The notes under the pieces are model-generated. The model was not told the origin of the DNA, did not search any database, and was given only the letters and a program-made list of their open reading frames with translations. Positions 36,871-43,285 of a stretch of 43,285 nt of DNA are shown piece by piece. The position numbers and the translations under genes were made by a program. The DNA comes from Blastocystis sp. subtype 4 (taxonomy: Eukaryota). Numbering within the stretch: the stretch's first letter is position 1; each line of letters starts with the position of its first letter. The DNA is taken from contig NW_014569377.1 of assembly GCF_000743755.1 (NCBI RefSeq), positions 1 through 43,285 of the forward strand, read 5' to 3'.

Positions 36871-37576
36871 ATGACTACAGTTGTATCAGTTAGAAGGTGT
36901 GGTGAGCGTTAGGTACCTCCAATGAAATGGGCGCAAAGAAAGGAGAGTGTCTTTGTTACAGTCAATGTTACAGATATTGAAGATACAAAGGTGGATGTAA
37001 ATTCTTCTCATCTCACCTTTTCGTACTGATTGCTTTATAGTTGTTATTCTTAGTGGACGAGCAAAGGATACTGAGTATGGTGTGACTCTGAACTTCTACA
37101 AGGATATTAATCCAGAGGTTCGGTTTTGAAAGGAGACTGAAAGGTAGAAAAGCAAATGGTCTTGTACTCCTCGTTGTGTCCAGTTCCATCTGGTGAAGGA
37201 TACCGATGAATCATGGCCTCAACTGCTGAAGAACAAGAATGAATACAAGAATTTGCTTCAAATTGACTGGGCTCTTTGGGAAGACTCGGATGACGAAGAT
37301 GATACGGGAAAAGATAATTTCCAGCTTCCCCCCAACTTCCAGGATTTGATGAAGAAGTACAACGATGAGGCTGGCATGCCTGAGGAGGATGATGATTGTG
37401 ATTGTGGTCACGATCACTGTGGTTGTGGTCATGACCACTGCGATAGTGAAGATCTCTGCGATAGTGAAGAGGATCTATGTTCTAGTGACGATGAAAGCGA
37501 TAGCTTGGAGGAAGATGGTAGTGGATGATAGAAGTGGTTACCAGTAGATATGCCTCCTCTGGAAGAAGATAACTAA
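36871..37576 (+). CDS. Hsp90 co-chaperone p23 (Sba1/PTGES3-like) with Cys/His-rich acidic tail
   Basis: PPMKWAQRK, WPQLLK, IDWALWEDSDDE, terminal DMPPLEE. Confidence 0.9.
37397..37481 (+). repeat. Coding tandem repeats CGHDH x2 and CDSE(E)DL x2 in the p23 tail
   Basis: TGTGGTCA(C/T)GA(T/C)CAC twice; CTGCGATAGTGAAGA twice. Confidence 0.8.
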
Positions 37577-37612
37577 TGGGTATAGATCAATTCCTTGTTT
37601 TCAATAAACAAT

Positions 37613-38826
37613 TCAAATACGCTTAGTATTACCAATACCTCTAGAAATATCATCCATCATATCATCATAGTGACGATCACTACACATCAACTCAATCCAA
37701 AGTAGTTACCGTATGGTTGCACGATCTACCAATTCTTCATCATCTTCCAATCCTTCTTCTTCGAGTTCCTTGTACCGCTTATCCGGTTTCTCTTCAGCCT
37801 CACGTGCTGCCTCTGCTTCGTGCATATGGAACAATTCCTCTTCCGCATAGTCCTCCATGGAGCGAGTTGGGAGATTCCACCAGGGTCGGAATACACTTGC
37901 TTTGATGGTTTCCTTTGTCATTCGTAAATCGGTTCCAATGTGAATCACCTGCATTGGTTTCCGACTAGCCTCTTCATATCCCTTCCTATATTTCATGAAG
38001 CACATCTAGTCTTACACCACTTCTTTATGCAGATCCTTTCCAGAATCTTTCATGCTCTGCATATACTTGAGAATTTCCATTTCCTGAGGAATCATTTGTA
38101 GATCATTCAAAGCCTTCCGAGAACAACTCTGAAGAGCCAGAATCCACTTTTCCCGTTCTAGATCTTCGTCTACAATACTTCCCTTTTCTTTCCGTTCCTA
38201 GAGATTAGAAATCCATATCATCATAACTTCCATAATATGAATCTCTTTCAATCGCGCTTCACACTCTTTTTCTTGTTTCATGCGACGAATCTTTTCGTCT
38301 CGTACTTCATTTCCAGAGGGTTTTGACTTGGTTTCCTGTCGTCTATAGATTGATACAATTATCATGAATTACTCCAGATAGGCATCATATTGAGTTTCCG
38401 AGTCCTTATCTAGAATCTCGCATCGCTTCAATACATCCAAAAAGGATTCCAAATAGGATGATGCTCTCTCTAAACGGCTAAGACGATCCTCCATGCCCTT
38501 CTGATACACAAACCCACAGTAGTAGCCAACAATCAAGTATTTGATATCATCTTTAGATTACCCATTTGCTACAAAGTTACCCGTGGAAATATCCCGGATT
38601 GTTTCATTGATAGAAAAGACATGTTCCTTTCTGATAAGGATTTCACATGTATGAAGATTCTTTTCTAGTTCTACAATCAGCTGTTTCCCAGTAGGGTCAT
38701 CTGCTTTGAAGAACTCGGTGGAGAGACGATTATACGCTTTTTCGCATGCTGCGAACACAGATTCGAGTGAAGACTCTACAATTCATTCAATGCACTAGAA
38801 AATCCACCTTCTACAGTTGTTTCCAT
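37613..38826 (-). CDS. TAP42: TAP42/alpha4 (IGBP1) PP2A-associated protein
   Basis: FSINETIRDIST.DIKYL, VRDEKIRR, VFRPWWNLPTRSMEDY, C-terminal DMMDDISRGIGNTK. Confidence 0.88.
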
Positions 38827-38878
38827 AAGTAATCTGAACAAACACTAAAACATTTGACTAAGAGGAAACAATAGATGA

Positions 38879-39257
38879 TTACCAGTCATCATCATCATCA
38901 CCAAAGAGACCACCTCCAGACATATCAATGTCCTCTTCTTCTTCCTCCTCTTCTTTCTTCTCCTCCTCCTTCTTCTCCTCAGTGGCAGCAGGAGCAGCAC
39001 CAGCAACAGGGGCAGCACCTCCAGTGGGAATGGAGACGAGCTTCTCAAGTCCCTCCTTGATCATATCCTCAACGTTCTTTCCCTCCAGACTAGCGAGCAT
39101 ACTCTCAATCTTCTCATCATCAGCCTCAGCACCAACAGAGTCAAGGACGTTCTTGATGTCAGCAGCCTACTCTATCAAACCCATTTCAATCGACTCCTAC
39201 AGCAGGCTTCTCATTTCCACCCAGAGTAAGGAGTAGGTAAGCACTCAGATGTCTCAT
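38879..39257 (-). CDS. RPLP2: 60S acidic ribosomal protein P2
   Basis: MRHLSAYLLLTLGG, DIKNVLDSVG, Ala-rich hinge, acidic tail EEEEDIDMSGGGLFGDDDDDW. Confidence 0.95.
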
Positions 39258-39470
39258 CTATACCCAATTAGTTCCATCTTCCTCGAACTGATATCTTCAC
39301 AATTTCTCAACATATGAACCCAGAAACTTACCTCCTAAATCAAATAATCTGTTTCATTCCATTCATCAGAATCCAGGGGTTCAAATTGCAAATCAAGGCG
39401 TGATTACAGAAGTGCCCCATATCATCTAATTCTCTCAATTTGTGTTTGACTAAAGCAACAATGGACCCAA

Positions 39471-40368
39471 CTATTCTGCATAACGTTCTTTCATCTTTGT
39501 CCGAAGCTCTTCTCGACTCAGTATCGTTACATCAGAATAACCCAGAAGATATTGACTATATCTCATTATAAGTATATTAAGTTACAGTCTATGTAACGCA
39601 TTAACGAAAATCGCTTTTCCCTTCGAATTGTCCTATGAATCGAACTTAGAGTCATACCATACCTTCGTAAGATAGAGATAAAGAACTCCACATCCAATAG
39701 CAAATAGTACACAAACAACAGACCCTCCAATCATAAGAGTCACAAATGCATAGAAGAAGGGGAAATATCTGCGAGGAAGACGAAATCCTAGAATCGCATC
39801 CATAGATCTTTGCTACCAATCACATTTGTAGTCTCTTCTCGATCCCGTAGTGCTTCGATTGTCAAAAGAACAATAATAATGAATCCACCTCCATAATAGA
39901 GGGGATAAAAGAGACAGACGACCTGAATAGGAGCGATACAGAATGACATACCCAAAAACACAAGACCGCATAGAAAAAACAAACGAGAAAGTTACAGAAG
40001 ACATTCGATGCTGTAATGTGAGACATCTTAATGTGTAACATACTCTGCGTGAGCAACACTGGATGAGCTTCAAATGTCCGAAGATGAACGAATCTGGATG
40101 AAAGAAAAGTATTCAAATGTACACAATCATAACACAAAGATACATGTACCACGAAGGATATCCCACAGTCAATACACAAGTAAAGAATCTCCAAATCTCC
40201 AAATTATCGAAATAAGACATCGTATACTTCAAAGTTAAAAAGGATTCGACCATATCTCATAACAGCCCATTCAAAATTGTTTCCAGTCCAAGAGGCCACA
40301 TAACCACCTACTACGAGAATAATAGCATATGTCGCTAGAAATGGATAAAGTTTCCTTTCTTCCTTCAT
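39471..40368 (-). CDS. Derlin/rhomboid-superfamily multi-pass membrane protein (divergent)
   Basis: WR motif (E)IWRFFT after TM1, several TMs, FRLPRRYFPFF resembling the Derlin KYLPW region; internal splicing partly uncertain. Confidence 0.6.
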
Positions 40369-40458
40369 TGTGACAATGATAACCACTTTTGGGAACTGTG
40401 GCTCAATTGACCCAATACCGAATTCATCAACTATTCACTACTCAGGAAACAGGAGAAG

Positions 40459-40776
40459 ATGGACTTTTTGAAAAATTCAGCTGCAGGTGCTCCAGCTACA
40501 GAGAAGGATGCCGGGAAGGATTATGTACCAAAGACAAAGTGCGTCCTATAGAGTCTCCTCTGACTGTAGGTCAAGTTATTACCGTCTCACAGAGGGATTA
40601 AAGAGTTTCTGGAAGAGTACAGGTTCAACACCGGAGATCCGCATGAACAACATATCCTATCATTCCTTTTGACTTACAGAACCCTTTACTCTTACCTCTT
40701 CTTCTTACTCAATAGTCTGTTGTTTGCTGGCAGCATTGTCGTATTCAAGAGTTATGGAAACAAGCTTGCTCTGTGA
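40459..40776 (+). CDS. 80-aa tail-anchored protein resembling plant-type TOM5 (exons 40459-40538, 40570-40651, 40696-40776)
   Basis: MDFLKNSAAGAPATEKDAGKDYVPKTKSSYYRLTEGLKSFWKSTGSTPEIRMNNLFFLLNSLLFAGSIVVFKSYGNKLAL; followed by TGTTTGTT at 40813-40820. Confidence 0.72.
40652..40695 (+). other. Putative U12-type AT-AC intron (44 nt)
   Basis: 5' ATATCCTAT, internal TTCCTTTTGAC and CCTTTAC branch-like motifs, 3' TAC; removal restores the frame. Confidence 0.7.
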
Positions 40777-40837
40777 AGGCACTGAGATTCACTTTAGTCA
40801 TTGTTACATTCGTGTTTGTTGCATTCAAGTGAAAGCA

Positions 40838-41836
40838 ATGTCTAGTCAAGAGGATATTGCAGTATCATCTGATGATGATAGTCCATTCTTTCTATGTAGT
40901 AGTAGCAGTGAAAGTGAGGTTAGTGTATTAAGAACGGCCTAAACAACAGATTTCAGTGTCTGAAAGTGAATGGAATCGATCTGTACTAGAAGTGGATGAA
41001 GAATTTGACAAAGTGAAAGATGTTCAAAGTGCGACTGTTATACTGTTGATAATGCAATGGTATGATTATATATAGGAATGAAAAATATGAAAAGGAGATG
41101 GATACGATTCACTTGCTAATCACTACTGGCAAGCATATCGAAGCGAAAAATGCATGTGAAAACCTTCTAAAAGGGGAGCTGAAACATCGGTGTGAGAATG
41201 CAGAGTTTTGGATCACATACGCATCGATTGAAAAGGTATGGATATTGTTGAATCATCAGTGTCTAGATTATTGGAACACCAGATTCGGTAATTGAAGTAT
41301 ATGATCGTGGATGTGAAGCTTTGAAATTCAATCCTCCAGAATTACTTGTATTATCTCTTGTAGAACTGTCTATGTGGCTTTAGTGTAGGATATGCGTTCA
41401 TTTGTGGAAATGACAGTAGATGAAGAAGATGCAGTGGATGAGCTAGATCTACCTTTGTCGCAGCAAGAAACGAAGACATCTACGCGAAGGGCAGATGCCA
41501 TGTTCTCGCTCATGAAACAACAGGAACGACGTCTAAGTCGAGGTGAAGAAACTATTCTTGCTTCTCCTGTTCGGCCTACGAAGAGAAGACACCATCGAGA
41601 TTCCTTCAACAAGCATGAAGTAGATGAAAGTGGAGCAACTATGGTTGTCCTAACTCCTGTCAAAGCAACTCCGAATCAACAGCGAAAACACAAATGCGAA
41701 ATGATTCTGACACCTGTGAGGAAGAGTATTCGTCTGATGAAGCAAGAAAAGGAAGATATTATCACGGATAAGTTGATTGATACAACCTATGCATATGCTA
41801 ATAACGAGTTCATTCAAGATAAAACTATTGATGCTT
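40838..41836 (+). CDS. CKAP2 C-terminal-domain-like protein; stop probably created by polyadenylation at 41836
   Basis: AEFWITYASIE..VIEVYDRG, LTPVRKSIRL and YAYANNEF resemble CKAP2_C motifs (FWI, TPVRRS, Y..N). Confidence 0.55.
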
Positions 41837-41865
41837 CATGTGTTTGTTCAGAAACAAGATCTAAA

Positions 41866-42732
41866 TCAACGTTTCTTATAAACACATGGTTTCAAGGAAG
41901 GAATCGAAGCCGTTTTCTGTCGATTGACTCCTCGAACCTTCTTGAAGAAGAATAATCCAAAATGAGTATTCTCTGTATTCTTATCATCATTAACTCACCA
42001 CAGACCCACTTTACGATACAACTTGAACCCTAGTTTCTCAATGTTTCGAATAAAGCCCTGTTCACCTCCAATCGATTCACTCTCAAAACGACTACGAACT
42101 TCGGCAATCTACTTTCAACAGTGGCTGCTATTCCTACCCAGAGTTGACCTCCTTCATGAAGACAACGATTGCTTTCAGCAATGAATTCACTCCAATTTGT
42201 TCCCATCAGAGCTAAACAGAAGATTCCGATGTCTAAGGACCCATCCTCGAGAGGAACATGAGCAATGTCACAAGCAGTAATGAAATCCTCTTTGGAAACC
42301 AGATCAAAACTATATACATCCTGGTTTTTGCACTCTTTATAGATTTTCCCATCACCACAACCGAAATCACCAACCTTCTGGCGCTGAAGTTTTCTATATA
42401 TTCAGAAGAACTATATAAGAATACTTTAACATTTTAATGAGTACATCAACAGGAACTAATGGCCATCGAGTGACCTGTTCACGAAAACCCTCATGGTATA
42501 GGTCAAAGAGTGACACATCCTTCTGAATCATCTCAAGAGAGTCATTTCCACTCTGCGTATACAACTTCTCGTTAATCCAGCGAAATTTGGATCCTTTTAG
42601 TTTGTCCTGCAACTGGTTTAGCAATCCCTTTGATTTACCAGGAGACAACTTCACATTCAGACTGCGATGCAACTGGGGACGTTCATGAGATTTCGTACTC
42701 TTCGTCTTTTCTACTCCTTTCTTATGCTTCAT
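41866..42732 (-). CDS. RRP8: rRNA adenine-N1 methyltransferase Rrp8 / nucleomethylin
   Basis: KLKGSKFRWINEKLY, YHEGFREQVTRWP, DFGCGDG, FCLALMGTNW, IAEVRSRF, terminal LKPCVYKKR. Confidence 0.94.
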
Positions 42733-42965
42733 GGAAAGAAAACATAAATGAATCCCCTACATCTCATTTTTGCTGAGGTGAGAGCATGGATGCATTACTG
42801 TTCTTTATCGATCGAGAAAACCATATAACAACAGTGAGTCGCGAACTCCACGACGTGCACAATACTGGTTTTTGATCCTAATATAATCATTCAATCAAAT
42901 TCTGCCGTGATTCTGCCCTTCACTCGTTTAGAGATAATCTTCGGCGTTGATTATTGTGTGTCAAG

Positions 42966-43285
42966 ATGGTAGGTTTCTCTTTTCTGGCTAATCCACCTAA
43001 CAAATCCGTAGAGTGAGAAGTCAAATGTGATGCGTAACATCCGAGTTGAGAAGTTGGTGATCAACATTTGTGTTGGTGAATCTGGTGATGCTGTTTCGAA
43101 GGCTGCTCGTGTCCTTCAGCAGATTACAGGTCAAGAACCAGTCTATGGAAAGGGTATGGAATTAAATGAATAGAAATTGTTAATATTTAGCTCGTTTCAC
43201 GATTCGTTCTTTCTCTATTCGTCGTAATGAGAAGATCTCTGTTCATGCCACCATTCGTGGAGAGAAGGCTCTTGAGATTTTGGAA
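42966..43285 (+). CDS. RPL11: 60S ribosomal protein L11 (uL5), truncated by the window edge
   Basis: ATG-only first exon; [48 protein letters not shown]. Confidence 0.96.

Noticed and set aside
31400..38826. PTPA and TAP42 (both PP2A regulators) about 5 kb apart
   Set aside because: Separated by unrelated genes on mixed strands; proximity is plausible by chance at this gene density unless synteny is shown
39461..39571. 36-codon plus-strand ORF (MDPTILHNV...)
   Set aside because: Antisense to the terminal exon of the Derlin-like gene; no independent support
40150..40162. Minus-strand ATATCCTT resembling a second U12 donor
   Set aside because: It falls within the open Derlin-like frame (VGYPSW); an ordinary GT-AG intron nearby explains the structure
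1..43285. Fragmented ORFs suggesting pseudogenes, frameshifting or an alternative genetic code; also searched by eye for tRNA, rRNA, snRNA, transposon and CRISPR features
   Set aside because: The breaks are explained by ~30-nt spliceosomal introns under the standard code; no recognisable RNA gene or mobile-element signature was seen, though small snoRNAs cannot be excluded without a covariance search

Overview
Eukaryotic nuclear DNA, about 40% GC by eye and extremely gene-dense. I can support about 33 protein-coding genes or gene fragments, split by very short (about 27-35 nt) GT-AG introns, with intergenic gaps often under 50 nt. A TGTTTGTT-type element recurs just past gene ends. This combination is characteristic of the anaerobic stramenopile Blastocystis (inference; subtype not determinable). 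Most genes are housekeeping: CDC50, thioesterase, organellar ThrRS, a divergent SMC, a double-AAA ATPase, an SR protein, NAA10, TFIIS, PAP2, PPPDE, delta-COP, RPL34, SDR, PC4, NAD kinase, PTPA, PSMB3, a class I HDAC, p23, TAP42, RPLP2, a Derlin-like protein, RRP8 and RPL11. Highlights: (1) several genes appear to get their UAA stop codon from poly(A) addition 4 nt upstream of the GU element; (2) a hidden 80-aa plant-TOM5-like gene needs a 44-nt AT-AC (U12-type) intron; (3) a PC4/Sub1 ssDNA-binding protein carries an apparent mitochondrial presequence; (4) a hidden Stum/SPEC3-family gene; (5) two convergent CDSs overlap; (6) a palindromic bidirectional 3'-end element; (7) a naturally Walker-B E-to-Q AAA ATPase. 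Gene models were spliced by eye, so boundaries are approximate, and family calls rest on remembered motifs, not searches.
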